The position numbers were made by a program, and so were the translations under genes. Under the pieces are notes generated by a model. The model did no database searches. It worked only from the letters and a program-made list of their open reading frames with translations, and was not told where the DNA came from. Below, in pieces: positions 18,753 through 28,900 of a stretch of 64,000 nt of DNA. Source of the DNA: Alphaproteobacteria bacterium (GTDB lineage Bacteria; Pseudomonadota; Alphaproteobacteria; UBA8366; GCA-2717185); the NCBI GenBank assembly GCA_012103325.1, contig WLWY01000006.1, positions 337,087-401,086 on the forward strand, read 5' to 3'. The stretch's first letter is position 1; the number at the start of each line of letters is the position of its first letter.

Positions 18753-19802
18753 TCAGTCAGCGGCGGGAAAGCCCATGATGCGTTCGAAGCGTTCGCGGTA
18801 GGCCGGCCACGCTTCAGTATTGACCAACCGCGGTGGCTTGCCACCCGAGAAGATCGTCCGCCATTGCTCGCCTGCTGCGGTCATCCCCTTCAGTGCGCTT
18901 TCCGGCGTGATCGCCGCGATGTGCGGCGAGGCAAGCACGTTGTCGAATTCCAAGAGCGGATGCCCCAGTGGCGGCGGCTCTTCTATCCAGACGTCCAGCC
19001 CTGCCCCCGCCAGTTCGTTCGCAGTTAGCGCTTTCGCCAGCGCATCCTCGTCATGAATGCCGCCGCGCCCGATCGTCACGAAATAGGCGGTCGGTTTCAT
19101 GCGGGCGAAGGCCTCGGTTGAGAACATGCCGCGCGTTTCGTCGTTCAGGCCGCAAGCCACAAGCACGAAATCAGACTGCGCGAGCAATTCGTCGAACGAA
19201 ACCAGCCGCGCCCCGCGCCGCGCGCCTTCCTCGGCGGAAATGCGCGGGTGATAGGCGATCGCCTCCATCCCAAAGGCCAGTTTGCACATCTCCGCCACCC
19301 GCGCACCGATCTGTCCAAGACCGACGATGCCCAACGTCTTGCCGAAAATGTCGTTGTTCATGTAATCGCGGCGCACCCAGTTGCGGTCCCGCCGGAGCGC
19401 CTGGTTCACCTGTGCGATCTTCTTGGTCAGACACAGCATCATGCCGACCGCGTGTTCCGCAACGGCTTCGGCGTTCATTCCCGCCTGATTGACGGCCAGC
19501 ACGCCCGCTTTCGTACAATCGTCGACATGAATCGTGTCATAACCGGCACCGCCCGTCGAAATGGCCAGCAAATTCGGGCAGCGCGCGATGAATTCCGCAT
19601 GACCGCGAAACTCATCCCGCACATCGCGCCAGTTGCCGCGGATCTGATACCCATGCGTTTTCTGCAGAGTTTTTTCGATCTCGCCCACCGGCATGGCTTG
19701 GTCAAGCCGGGTTAGAACAATGTCGCCGTCTTGCGTGAGGGTTTGTTCGAACGCTTCGGGGTTGGTCAGGAAATCAAAATAAAAAACGTGCTTTTCCGGC
19801 AT
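18753..19802 (-). CDS. D-isomer-specific 2-hydroxyacid dehydrogenase (SerA-like)
   Basis: GAGYD, VAEHA, GIVGLGQIG, GRGG, GLDVW.EEP and SPHIA motifs. Confidence 0.88.
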   Translation of the reverse strand: MPEKHVFYFDFLTNPEAFEQTLTQDGDIVLTRLDQAMPVGEIEKTLQKTHGYQIRGNWRDVRDEFRGHAEFIARCPNLLAISTGGAGYDTIHVDDCTKAGVLAVNQAGMNAEAVAEHAVGMMLCLTKKIAQVNQALRRDRNWVRRDYMNNDIFGKTLGIVGLGQIGARVAEMCKLAFGMEAIAYHPRISAEEGARRGARLVSFDELLAQSDFVLVACGLNDETRGMFSTEAFARMKPTAYFVTIGRGGIHDEDALAKALTANELAGAGLDVWIEEPPPLGHPLLEFDNVLASPHIAAITPESALKGMTAAGEQWRTIFSGGKPPRLVNTEAWPAYRERFERIMGFPAAD

Positions 19803-19849
19803 CTTGCTTGGCTTCCTATGAGTTAGCTCGGCAGAATTGTTAGATCAAA

Positions 19850-19863
19850 TTGATCCATGTCGT
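19850..19863 (+). promoter_or_regulatory. Possible FixK/FNR-type box upstream of the USP gene
   Basis: TTGAT-CCAT-GTCGT about 70 bp before ATG 19932, preceded by an ATCAA half-site. Confidence 0.3.
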
Positions 19864-19931
19864 TGGTGACGATGCCTCTCTCGGCCATATTAGGGGCAAG
19901 TTTCGATTTCGCGGAAGAATGAGAGAGTACG

Positions 19932-20753
19932 ATGGCCCTGAAAAACATTCTCGTACATGTGACGGAAACAAGGCAATCCGAACTTCGATTGGAGACCGCC
20001 GTCGCACTTTGCGTTGCGCATGACGCCCATCTTACCGGGCTCATCGTTCGGGCGATGCCCGTTTTGCCCGCCTACAGCGTCGGCCCGATACCGGACATGG
20101 TTCTCGAGCCCTTCGAAGCGCAACAGGATGCGGCGATCGCGAAAGCCCGCGAAACTTTCGACACCGTGGTAAAACATGCGGGATGGACAGATCGCAGCAG
20201 TTGCCTGCAGACCGAGGGCAACGCAACCGATATCGTCGGCATCCACGCGCGCTACGCCGACCTGACGGTGACGGGCCAGGACATGCCCGACGAGGATCAA
20301 TGGGAAATCAGCACGGTCGATCTTATCTTACGGTCTGGCCGTCCGGTTTTAGTCACGCCGCATGGCACCGAAAACAAACCCATCGGCAAGCGAATCGTCA
20401 TCGCCTGGAACGCAAGCCGCGAAGCCGCCCGTGCCGTCGCCGATGCGGTACCGTTGCTTGAAACTGCCGACTCGGTTGAAATATTGACGGTCGCACCGCA
20501 ATCCCGCGGGGAAGTGCCGGGTGTGAATATCGCAAAACACCTCGCGCATCATGGCATTGCCGCTGAAGTTAAGCGGTTGGGCGTCTCCGAAACCGATGCT
20601 GGCGAAGCGCTCTTAAACTACATCGAAAATAACAACGCGGATTTGCTCGTGATGGGCGCCTATGGGCATTCTCGTCTTCGCGAGTTCGTGTTCGGCGGCA
20701 CGACACGGCATGTATTGCGAACGATGACGATCCCCGTGCTGATGTCCCACTAA
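19932..20753 (+). CDS. Universal stress protein (tandem USP)
   Basis: SGRPVLV, IAWNASREAARA and LVMGAYGHSRLRE..FGG.T motifs. Confidence 0.92.
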   Translation: MALKNILVHVTETRQSELRLETAVALCVAHDAHLTGLIVRAMPVLPAYSVGPIPDMVLEPFEAQQDAAIAKARETFDTVVKHAGWTDRSSCLQTEGNATDIVGIHARYADLTVTGQDMPDEDQWEISTVDLILRSGRPVLVTPHGTENKPIGKRIVIAWNASREAARAVADAVPLLETADSVEILTVAPQSRGEVPGVNIAKHLAHHGIAAEVKRLGVSETDAGEALLNYIENNNADLLVMGAYGHSRLREFVFGGTTRHVLRTMTIPVLMSH

Positions 20754-20755
20754 GT

Positions 20756-21499
20756 CTATTCGATACCCCGTTCCTTTTTCCAATCGACGACACGGCCGAT
20801 TTCTGGATTATCAGGCCGCTCGCGGTAATAGGGCACCAGCGGATGCAGCTTGTCGAACAGCCGCCATAGTTCCTGCATCGGCGCATCGTGGTCGTCCACG
20901 CGCAGATTGACGATAGTGTAGCCTTCGTTCTCGTGGACTAAGATCGCAGCGGCACGCTGCCCGTCCGGTTGACCGCCGGCATCGGTGCCGGCACTGATCG
21001 CGTTCATGAGACGCGTCTCAATGTCTTCCGCCTCGAACTCTTCCATCGCACGCCCCATGGCGCCGACGACATCCTCACTGACAACCGCATTGCCCATAAC
21101 AACCCAGCCATCACCGGCGATGTGGCCGGCCCAGCCATTGTTACGAGCACCGGTCCGCACGGCTGTGCGGCCATACCGATCGACGATACCCAGCTGCCGC
21201 CATTCGATGTGAGGGTCGCTGGATTCGAGTTCCGTCATCACCCGCTGCGCCGGATAGCCCAGCTCAAGCAGGCGGATCGCCAGGGGACCCAAGCGGGGAT
21301 CGGTATAGGCTTGCGTCCCCACCGCGCCGACATTCGCCATCACCGAAGGAACACGCCCACCGGTGCCGATTTCACCAGTCGTGACCGAGACACCGAGACG
21401 TCCCGTACGGGGGCAGCGCCCAATGGCCGTGAAGGTATGGGTTTCCGTGCCGCGTTCGAAGGTAATGTCCTTGAGGATATCCATCGGCTGCATCTCCAT
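20756..21499 (-). CDS. DUF1028 (Ntn-hydrolase-like) protein
   Basis: TFTAIGRCP.TG.LG, GAVGTQ, RQLGIVD, AGG and LRVDDH..P..EL motifs. Confidence 0.8.
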   Translation of the reverse strand: MEMQPMDILKDITFERGTETHTFTAIGRCPRTGRLGVSVTTGEIGTGGRVPSVMANVGAVGTQAYTDPRLGPLAIRLLELGYPAQRVMTELESSDPHIEWRQLGIVDRYGRTAVRTGARNNGWAGHIAGDGWVVMGNAVVSEDVVGAMGRAMEEFEAEDIETRLMNAISAGTDAGGQPDGQRAAAILVHENEGYTIVNLRVDDHDAPMQELWRLFDKLHPLVPYYRERPDNPEIGRVVDWKKERGIE

Positions 21500-21514
21500 A
21501 ATTTCCGGTTTCGC

Positions 21515-22522
21515 TCAGCTTGGCAGCGATATCTTTGGCGCGCCGGGCAGTAGTCCGCTCATCTGCGCGCGCAGTCGGACAAGCGCCAACACGGTATCGA
21601 TCGTCGGGGTTTTAACACCTACGAGCTCGGCCAGTTCGGCGGCAGCACCGACAATCGGGTTGATTTCCATTGGCCGGCCCCGTTCGAGGTCTTGCAACAT
21701 CGACGTCTTGTGGAAGGCAGCCCCTTTCCGCGTGCCTTCGATGCGGGCATCGATGGACGCATCCGGATCCGAACCCAGCGCCTTGCCGATGGCGATGACC
21801 TCGGACATCAACCGCCGCAGAAGTGCTTCCGAAGCCGGATCTTCGACCAGCGCACCGCTATGCGCCAAGGTCAACGCGCTGGTCGGATTGTACGCCATAT
21901 TGCCCATCAGTTTGATCCAGATATCCTTGCGAATTTCCGGACGCACCAAGGCCTCGATGCCGCACGCGTTGACGACTTCCTGGAATTTCAGGCAACGCTC
22001 CGACTCCGAACCGTCCGGCTCACCGATCAGGTAGCGGAAACTACCGCCGGATTTCACCACGCCGGGCTCGATGACCTCGCTCGCCACATAGGTGATGCAA
22101 CCGATGGCGCGTTCCGGTCCAACGCCGGCCCACAACGCGCCATCCGGATCGACCGATTTGACCTGATAATTCTCCCACTGCCCTGGCAGTTTGTAGAAGT
22201 ACCACCAGGGAATGCCGTTCATCGCGTTCGCTACGGTGGTATCCGGGCCGAGCAGCGGCCGAATCGCATCGACCATACCCGGCGCCTGATGCGACTTGAG
22301 CGAAATAACGACATAGTCCTGCGGGCCGAGGGTCGCGGGATCGTCGGTAACATTGGGATGCGTCACGAACTGTCGGTCGCCGGTGATGAGCTTGAGACCG
22401 TTCTCGCGCATCGCCGTCAGGTGCGCCCCGCGTGCGACGAGACTCACATCGACGCCGTTCCGGCTCAAGAGCGCGCCCAAATGGCCGCCGATAGCGCCGG
22501 CGCCGACTACAGTGATTTTCAT
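21515..22522 (-). CDS. Ketopantoate reductase family protein
   Basis: GAGAIG, LKS, MNGIPWW, WIKL.GN and SMLQD...GRP.E motifs. Confidence 0.88.
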   Translation of the reverse strand: MKITVVGAGAIGGHLGALLSRNGVDVSLVARGAHLTAMRENGLKLITGDRQFVTHPNVTDDPATLGPQDYVVISLKSHQAPGMVDAIRPLLGPDTTVANAMNGIPWWYFYKLPGQWENYQVKSVDPDGALWAGVGPERAIGCITYVASEVIEPGVVKSGGSFRYLIGEPDGSESERCLKFQEVVNACGIEALVRPEIRKDIWIKLMGNMAYNPTSALTLAHSGALVEDPASEALLRRLMSEVIAIGKALGSDPDASIDARIEGTRKGAAFHKTSMLQDLERGRPMEINPIVGAAAELAELVGVKTPTIDTVLALVRLRAQMSGLLPGAPKISLPS

Positions 22523-22604
22523 GAATGTTTCCCTTCGTTCATCTGCCCACGCCTATTAAAGCCTCTCAGGCCGGCTCAGAACAACGGGTTGGCGCAAGCG
22601 CCCG

Positions 22605-23420
22605 CTAAACCGTCTCAACCGTGTCCTTTGCCGCAGACGCGGAAGCGCCGGCGACCTTGCGCAGCGCGTTCATCTCGTTCTGGATGATCCGTTGCAGCAT
22701 ACGACCATCGGTCGAATGCAGCACGAACCGCGCACCGAGCTTGATCGCCTTGCTCGACGTATCGATGGTCTGCTGATGCACCATGACGGGGATCTTGCGC
22801 GCCTCGCACCGCTTGATGATATCCCCGATCACTCGCAAGTATTTCTTGTTCGAGTAGTCGTCGGGAATACCCAACGAGGTCGACATATCGTTCGGGCCGA
22901 TGAACACACCATTGATACCGCCGACATCGAGAATGGCATCGAGGTTCTTGTAAGCCGGTTCCGACTCGATCCCGATAATGACGAATGATTCCTTACGCCG
23001 GTTTTGCAAGTATTTCTTGGTTGCTGGACTCGGCAGAACGTTGTCTTCCACCGCACGGCGCAGATATTCGCCCTTCAGAGGATGCCATTTCGCGGTCGCG
23101 ACCACGGCCTGAACTTCTTCCACCGTCTCGCAATAGGGCACGAGCACGCCCGCCGTGCCGGCGTCGAGTGCCATCGCGACCCATTCCGACTTCGGGATCG
23201 GCACTCGAACGATCGGCGTTATGTCGGCGCGGCGCAGCATGCCTGCCAGTTGTTGGATCTCGGTCCGGTCTCTAGACCCGTGTTCGGAATCGATAATGGC
23301 GTAGTCGAGCGTGCTGCCAGACAAGACCTGCTCGAACCGGGTCGACGCCATCTGGGACAACATGCAGCCGAAGACATGGCCACCGGATTTTAATGTGCGT
23401 CGCAGTTTGGTCGCGTTCAT
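22605..23420 (-). CDS. HpcH/HpaI aldolase family protein
   Basis: IDSEHG, VRVP, LDAG..G..VP, IES and FIGPND motifs. Confidence 0.88.
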   Translation of the reverse strand: MNATKLRRTLKSGGHVFGCMLSQMASTRFEQVLSGSTLDYAIIDSEHGSRDRTEIQQLAGMLRRADITPIVRVPIPKSEWVAMALDAGTAGVLVPYCETVEEVQAVVATAKWHPLKGEYLRRAVEDNVLPSPATKKYLQNRRKESFVIIGIESEPAYKNLDAILDVGGINGVFIGPNDMSTSLGIPDDYSNKKYLRVIGDIIKRCEARKIPVMVHQQTIDTSSKAIKLGARFVLHSTDGRMLQRIIQNEMNALRKVAGASASAAKDTVETV

Positions 23421-23441
23421 TAGATTTCTCTCCCTCGTATC

Positions 23442-23566
23442 CTGATCGGGAAATTCAATTTTTTGAATTTCGCGTGAATCAGCACACCAATTATTACTTT
23501 CTAGTGTGATTCAGATCCTGAACTTCGTCGCATCAAATGCGACAAACTTAAGAATCATCACACTAG
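23442..23566. repeat. Two-hairpin intergenic palindromic element (RIME/REP-like)
   Basis: Hairpin GAAATTCAA-N4-TTGAATTTC (23450-23471), an AT-rich linker, then CTAGTGTGAT...ATCACACTAG (23501-23566) with inner GTCGCAT-CAA-ATGCGAC. Confidence 0.65.
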
Positions 23567-23636
23567 TTTCAGCCACCGTGATAGCGCCCCAGCGCGGCAC
23601 ATGCAAAAATCAATTCGAAACATAAGGAGAAATCCC

Positions 23637-24266
23637 ATGGCCGAGATCGAGTATTTCTATTCTTCCCATTCGGGGTATGCCTATATCGGATCGACCCGGT
23701 TCATGAAGATCGTCCGCGCGGCAGGACAAAGCATCACGCACAGACCGATGGATTTGCGCAAGGTCGTGGCCACAACCGGCCCCGGCCCAACCAACAGTCT
23801 GACGCCCCAACGAAGTGCCTATTTCTCCGGCCGGGAAATCCAGCGCTGGGCGGAAGCGCGCGGTGCAGGAATTCTGCTTGGCAGGCCCGCCCACCATGAT
23901 AACGGTATCGCTTTGTCGAATGGCATGCTGATCGCGGGCCTCCAACAGGGCGTCAATATCGATGCTCTCGCGCACGGCATGCTGGAAGGGCATTGGCGCG
24001 ACGACGCAGATCTCGACGACCGTGACACACTCATGAGAATGGGCGACGCTGCGGGTGTGGATTCCGCCTCCTTGCTCGACGCCGCGCTATCGCCGGAAAT
24101 CCAGGCGATCTACGACGCGAATACACAGGAGGCGATTGAGCGTTCCGTCTTCGGCTCGCCAACCTATTTCGTCGATGGCGACATGTTCTACGGTCAGGAC
24201 CATTTAGAGCTAGTCGAGCGAGCGATCGCAAAGCCGTTCTCCGGGACGTGGCCGCCGGTTGGTTGA
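23637..24266 (+). CDS. 2-hydroxychromene-2-carboxylate isomerase-like (DsbA/kappa-GST) protein
   Basis: IEYFYS..S.YAY and VFGSPTY.VDG..FYGQD motifs. AAGGAG RBS before ATG 23637. Confidence 0.85.
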   Translation: MAEIEYFYSSHSGYAYIGSTRFMKIVRAAGQSITHRPMDLRKVVATTGPGPTNSLTPQRSAYFSGREIQRWAEARGAGILLGRPAHHDNGIALSNGMLIAGLQQGVNIDALAHGMLEGHWRDDADLDDRDTLMRMGDAAGVDSASLLDAALSPEIQAIYDANTQEAIERSVFGSPTYFVDGDMFYGQDHLELVERAIAKPFSGTWPPVG

Positions 24267-24294
24267 AGCTAGTACTGGTATGTAGGGGGAACGA

Positions 24295-25317
24295 ATGGCG
24301 AGCTACCACGTCTATATCAGCGTCTCCGGCGACGACCGGATTGCGCGCTTCACGATGAACGCGGAAACCGGCCGGTTAAAGCCGGGTGAAGACATTGCGT
24401 TGTCCGGCCGACCCGCCTACACCGCAGTCGATCCGACGCGCCGCTTCATGTATGTCGCGCGAAAGGGATCACTGAAGATCAGCAGCTTCGCGATCGACCC
24501 CGCTACCGGCGACCTCTCCGAAATTGGTACGATCCCAATCGGCGCCGACCCCGCCTATCTGTCGACAGACAAGACGGGCCGGTTCCTGTTCTCAGCGTCC
24601 TATTTCGATGGGATCACAGCCGTACACCGCATAGGCGACGACGGCGCGGTCCTTGAAGATCCAATCGAATGGCGCGCGACGGGCATGCGGGCCCATTGCA
24701 TCGAGTCCGACCCGTCGAACCGGTTCGTCTTCGTGCCCCATATCCATCGCGAAGACGCGCCGAACACAACCTTTCAGTTCCGGTTCGACGAAACGACGGG
24801 GACGCTTACGCCCAACATGCCAGACCGATGTGACCCACCAGGGCCGGACGGTCCGCGGCATTTCTGTTTCCATCCAGACAAACCCATCGTCTATGTCTCG
24901 AACGAGCAAGGCTGCAGCGTCGGCGCCTATGCGCTCGACCCGGAGGCCGGGACCCTTTCACACATCCGAACCGTAAGCACGCTGCCGGACGGCTGGTCGG
25001 GTGAAAACAAATGCTCGCAGATCCGCATGACACCGTGCGGTCGGTTCCTCTACGCACCAAATCGGGGCCATGACAGCATTGCAGAATTCGCGGTTAATCC
25101 GGATGGAGCCTTGCGGTGGCTCGGTTACATCCCGGCGGAAAAAATCCCGCGCGTGTTCCAGATCGATCCTGCGGGACGCTTCCTGCTCTCCGCCGGACAC
25201 GAGTCCGGCCGCCTTGGGGTTTTCCGCATTGATGGCGAGACAGGGCGATTGGAGCGGCGTTCGACGCACCCGCTCGGTAGCCTGCCGATGTGGATCACGA
25301 TCCTGCCGATAACGTAA
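24295..25317 (+). CDS. Lactonase family beta-propeller (6-phosphogluconolactonase-like)
   Basis: RAHCI, GPRH..FHP, SNE, NRGHDSIA and PR.F motifs. Confidence 0.88.
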   Translation: MASYHVYISVSGDDRIARFTMNAETGRLKPGEDIALSGRPAYTAVDPTRRFMYVARKGSLKISSFAIDPATGDLSEIGTIPIGADPAYLSTDKTGRFLFSASYFDGITAVHRIGDDGAVLEDPIEWRATGMRAHCIESDPSNRFVFVPHIHREDAPNTTFQFRFDETTGTLTPNMPDRCDPPGPDGPRHFCFHPDKPIVYVSNEQGCSVGAYALDPEAGTLSHIRTVSTLPDGWSGENKCSQIRMTPCGRFLYAPNRGHDSIAEFAVNPDGALRWLGYIPAEKIPRVFQIDPAGRFLLSAGHESGRLGVFRIDGETGRLERRSTHPLGSLPMWITILPIT

Positions 25318-25337
25318 ACAATCGGAACAACACCGTG

Positions 25338-25745
25338 ATGTTCGACACAAAGATCGCCATAGTCGTCCGAGACGACCTCGCCACGTGGCAGAAGCTGAAC
25401 GTTACCGCCTTCCTGACCAGTGGAATTGTCGGGGCGCACGAAAACCTGTTGGGTGACGATTACGAGGATGCGGCAGGAAACATCTATAACCCACTCGCCA
25501 TTCAGCCGATGATCGTGCTTAGCACCGACGCGCAGCGCATGCAGACAATCTACAACCGCGCGATGGACCGTGGCGCACGCCTATCGCTTTACATCGACGA
25601 CATGTTCGAAACAGGACACGATGCTGCAAACCGAGCCGCCGTGAAGAACCGCCTACCCGAGGATATGCACATCGCAGGTCTTGCCCTACAGGAGGAACGG
25701 AAGCTGGTAGATAAGATCACTAAAGGCGCGAAGCTGCATAGCTAG
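25338..25745 (+). CDS. DUF2000 family protein
   Basis: FDTKIAIVVRDDL..WQKLNVTAFL and VDKITKG..LH motifs. Confidence 0.8.
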   Translation: MFDTKIAIVVRDDLATWQKLNVTAFLTSGIVGAHENLLGDDYEDAAGNIYNPLAIQPMIVLSTDAQRMQTIYNRAMDRGARLSLYIDDMFETGHDAANRAAVKNRLPEDMHIAGLALQEERKLVDKITKGAKLHS

Positions 25746-25763
25746 CCCAGGTGAATAAGATTC

Positions 25764-26816
25764 TTATATACCCGCCAGCAGACTCGGACTCGCATCGGCC
25801 TCGCCGCGTTCGACCTTCTTGACGGCGGCAATCAGGACTTCGTTGGCCGGGGTCGCGATGCCGGTCTCCTTGCCCTTCTGTACCACCAGACCGTTCATAT
25901 AATCGATCTCGGTACGGCGGCCTTTCATCATATCCTGCCCCATCGACGGACGTGCGTTCGGATTGCCTTTGCCCGCGGTGGTGATGTAGTTGTCCTCGAC
26001 GATCTTACGCGCTTCGCTATCGCCGTCCGCGGCCGCGACATAGACGTCGCTCTCTAGCCCGCCCAGCTTTTCCAGCTTGAAGCCAGACGCCCTACCGACG
26101 CGGATGCATTCCGAGATCAGTTTCATCTTCACGTCGCGCAGATGCGGGTCGGCTGCGATCGCAGCCCCGCCGAGACCGGTACTCGCGGACACACCGTTGC
26201 TGCTGCCGTTGAGGCACAGCTTGCTCCATCGCTCGCCCCAGATGTTCGTCGTCACCATGGCGCTGTCGGTGTAACCGCACAGCCGCGCGACTTGCCGCGT
26301 CCGCTCGGTCTCCTCACCGTGCACCTCACCCGCACGGAACACCGTATGGGCATTACCGTGCACCGGCACGTTGCGGTTAACATGAGCCGGACCGCGTAGC
26401 TCGACCGAAATCTTCGCCGCAATACAACCGACCACCTTGCCCCAGCCGACGATGCCGGCGATGAATTCCTCGTTCATGCAGTTCTGCAGCGAGACGACGA
26501 ATCCGTCCGGCGCCAGATACGGTTTGATAAGATAAGTCGCCATCTCCGTCTCGTAGGACTTCATGCAGACGAAAGCGATGTCGATCGGCCGTCCCTTCGA
26601 CAAGGCCTGCACGTCGGAGAAATGCATAGCGTTGACAGGCACGGTGAACTCTTCCGCCTCCGTGACGCCGGTCAGATGCAGCCCATCGCTGCGCATCTTC
26701 TCGACATGTTCGGGCCAGCCATCGATGAAGACGACATCCTCGCCGTTCTTCGCCATGAAGCCTCCGACCTGCGCGCCGACCGCGCCAGCGCCGACGATTG
26801 CGATTTTCAAACCCAT
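25764..26816 (-). CDS. Ketopantoate reductase family protein
   Basis: GAGAVG, MKSY, SLQN, RWSKL..N and SMGQD..KGRRTEID motifs. GGAGGA RBS before ATG 26816. Confidence 0.88.
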   Translation of the reverse strand: MGLKIAIVGAGAVGAQVGGFMAKNGEDVVFIDGWPEHVEKMRSDGLHLTGVTEAEEFTVPVNAMHFSDVQALSKGRPIDIAFVCMKSYETEMATYLIKPYLAPDGFVVSLQNCMNEEFIAGIVGWGKVVGCIAAKISVELRGPAHVNRNVPVHGNAHTVFRAGEVHGEETERTRQVARLCGYTDSAMVTTNIWGERWSKLCLNGSSNGVSASTGLGGAAIAADPHLRDVKMKLISECIRVGRASGFKLEKLGGLESDVYVAAADGDSEARKIVEDNYITTAGKGNPNARPSMGQDMMKGRRTEIDYMNGLVVQKGKETGIATPANEVLIAAVKKVERGEADASPSLLAGI

Positions 26817-26856
26817 CTTTTCCTCCACTTCATTACCCGTTGTCCTGCGATGCTGC

Positions 26857-27909
26857 CTAAAGGTTGGCGACGTTTTCGGGACTGGGTTCGATTTCCCCGC
26901 GCTCGCAGCGCTTGACCAGATCGACCATGGCCGCGTTCAACGGCGTCGAAATTCCGACTTCGGCCCCCTTCTCGACGACGAATCCGTTCATGGCGTCGAT
27001 TTCGGTCTTGCGGCCCTTTAGCATGTCTTGTCCCATCGACGGGCGCGCGCCATCGCTGCGGTTGGCGATTTCGGCGAACAACAGTTCTTCGATCTCCTTC
27101 AGCGCCTTCTTGTCACCTTCGGCAGCCGCATACCATTGCTCTGCAGTGGTTCCCTTCTTGGTGCCGACAGCGAAGCCCAGCGCTCTGCCAACCCGAAGGG
27201 TTTCCGCTGTGAGACGGATATTTACCGAACGAGCGCCATCGTCCCGGACCATATCGTTGCCGCCCAGACCTGTGCATGCCGACAGGCCATTATGACTCGA
27301 ATTGATCACCAGCTTGGTCCAGCGTTCACCCCATATGTTCTTGGTCACCATGGAGCTGTCCGTGTGTCCAACCAGTTCGGCGACTTCTTCGACCCGGTCC
27401 GTCACCCGGCCGTGCAGTTCGCCGGCCCGAAACACGGTGTAGCTATCGCCGCGGATCGGAACTTGGCGACGGACCAGCGCCGGACCATCCAAACCGCAAC
27501 TGATGCTGCTCGCAATGCAACCAATCACCCGATGCGCCCCAACAACAGCGGCGATCGCTTCCTCGTTGATCGCATTCTGCAAGGAAACAACGAAACCGTC
27601 CGGCGCCAGATAGCCTTCGATCAGAGAGGCCGCAAACTGCGTTTCGTACGACTTCACCGAAATGAAGGCGATGTCGATCGGACCGTCCTTCGGCAGATTC
27701 GATACTTCGCAGATGTTGATCGCCTTGACCGGAACCTCGTGGCTCTCTGCCTCGGTGGTGCCGCGCAGCGACAGACCGTCCTTGTTCATCTTCTCGACAT
27801 GATCGGGCCAGGCGTCGATCAACGTAACGTCGGCGCCGTTGCGGACCATATTCCCGGCGACATAGCCGCCAACCGCACCGCTGCCGACCATCGCAATTCG
27901 TTTACCCAA
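26857..27909 (-). CDS. Ketopantoate reductase family protein (tandem paralogue)
   Basis: GSGAVG, VKSY, SLQN, RWTKL..N and SMGQD..KGRKTEID motifs. TTG start with a GGAGG RBS. Confidence 0.88.
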   Translation of the reverse strand: MGKRIAMVGSGAVGGYVAGNMVRNGADVTLIDAWPDHVEKMNKDGLSLRGTTEAESHEVPVKAINICEVSNLPKDGPIDIAFISVKSYETQFAASLIEGYLAPDGFVVSLQNAINEEAIAAVVGAHRVIGCIASSISCGLDGPALVRRQVPIRGDSYTVFRAGELHGRVTDRVEEVAELVGHTDSSMVTKNIWGERWTKLVINSSHNGLSACTGLGGNDMVRDDGARSVNIRLTAETLRVGRALGFAVGTKKGTTAEQWYAAAEGDKKALKEIEELLFAEIANRSDGARPSMGQDMLKGRKTEIDAMNGFVVEKGAEVGISTPLNAAMVDLVKRCERGEIEPSPENVANL

Positions 27910-27979
27910 GGGTATCCCTCCCGTGTCTGCTCGTTATTCGTTGCGGCAAGCTTAGACGCTGGCGCCCATTTCCTCCAAA

Positions 27980-28837
27980 TCAGCCGCGGAACAGTGCGCG
28001 CCCGTCACTGATCGCTTTCGAGCCGTCCGCCGCATAGACTTCATAGCGGGCGCCCCTGTCGGTCGCCGCATGACGCACGGTAATATCCGTGCCCGGAATG
28101 ACCATCCCCGTAAAGCGTCCGGTAAAGCGCTCAAGCCGCTCCGGATCCCCGCCGAGTAAATCCGCAACAACCTCCCTCACCGCAAGCGCCCAGGTCGCGG
28201 TGCCGTGCAGGATGATATCCGGCAGGCCCGCCGCGAGCGCCACTTCCCGCTCGGTATGGATCGGGTTCCAGATATCAGCGCATTCCGTATAGACATGCGG
28301 CAGTTCGCGCACGATCGGAATAACCGTCTCGGTCCAGTTCCCCGTCACGGGGTCGTCGGACCAGGCCGGCGCTTCCTCAATGACGCGATCTTCGCCCTCG
28401 ACCTCGACGCCGCGGCTGATCCCGGTGGTATAGGTGGTGGACACCGGTTCGCCTTCCGCTGTCGTCAGATCGACACGCGTCATGGTCAGGGCGCCCGGTT
28501 TGATGCGTCTGATGGCAACGATTTTACCGGTCACACGCAGCTTATCGCCTGGGCGCATCAAGCGATGGAACTGCGTATCCTGAGCGGCATGAACGCCGCG
28601 CCGGCTTTCCTCAGGCGAGGCACCGAATTCCGGCGTCGTTCGAATATCGCGTGACGCCGGCCATTCCGGGGTGACGACCATCGCCGGCGGCGCCACGATG
28701 CCGCCCGGCCGCGCGTCATCAAAATAGACATCGGCGGTCTCGCCTAACCCGGCAGCGTAGGCCAGGCATTTACGGACATCGATATCGAAGGCGTAAGGCG
28801 CGACATCGCAACCGACGGCAGCGGAACGGATTGGCAT
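27980..28837 (-). CDS. MaoC-like double hot-dog dehydratase
   Basis: Hydratase motif DIWNPIH......AGLP..ILHG and an N-terminal GVHA.Q..FHR. Confidence 0.85.
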   Translation of the reverse strand: MPIRSAAVGCDVAPYAFDIDVRKCLAYAAGLGETADVYFDDARPGGIVAPPAMVVTPEWPASRDIRTTPEFGASPEESRRGVHAAQDTQFHRLMRPGDKLRVTGKIVAIRRIKPGALTMTRVDLTTAEGEPVSTTYTTGISRGVEVEGEDRVIEEAPAWSDDPVTGNWTETVIPIVRELPHVYTECADIWNPIHTEREVALAAGLPDIILHGTATWALAVREVVADLLGGDPERLERFTGRFTGMVIPGTDITVRHAATDRGARYEVYAADGSKAISDGRALFRG

Positions 28838-28900
28838 GAGTTGGTCTCCTCGGAAGATTGTTCCGGTACCTTAAACGGCACCGACAGGCCGGCCAAACCG

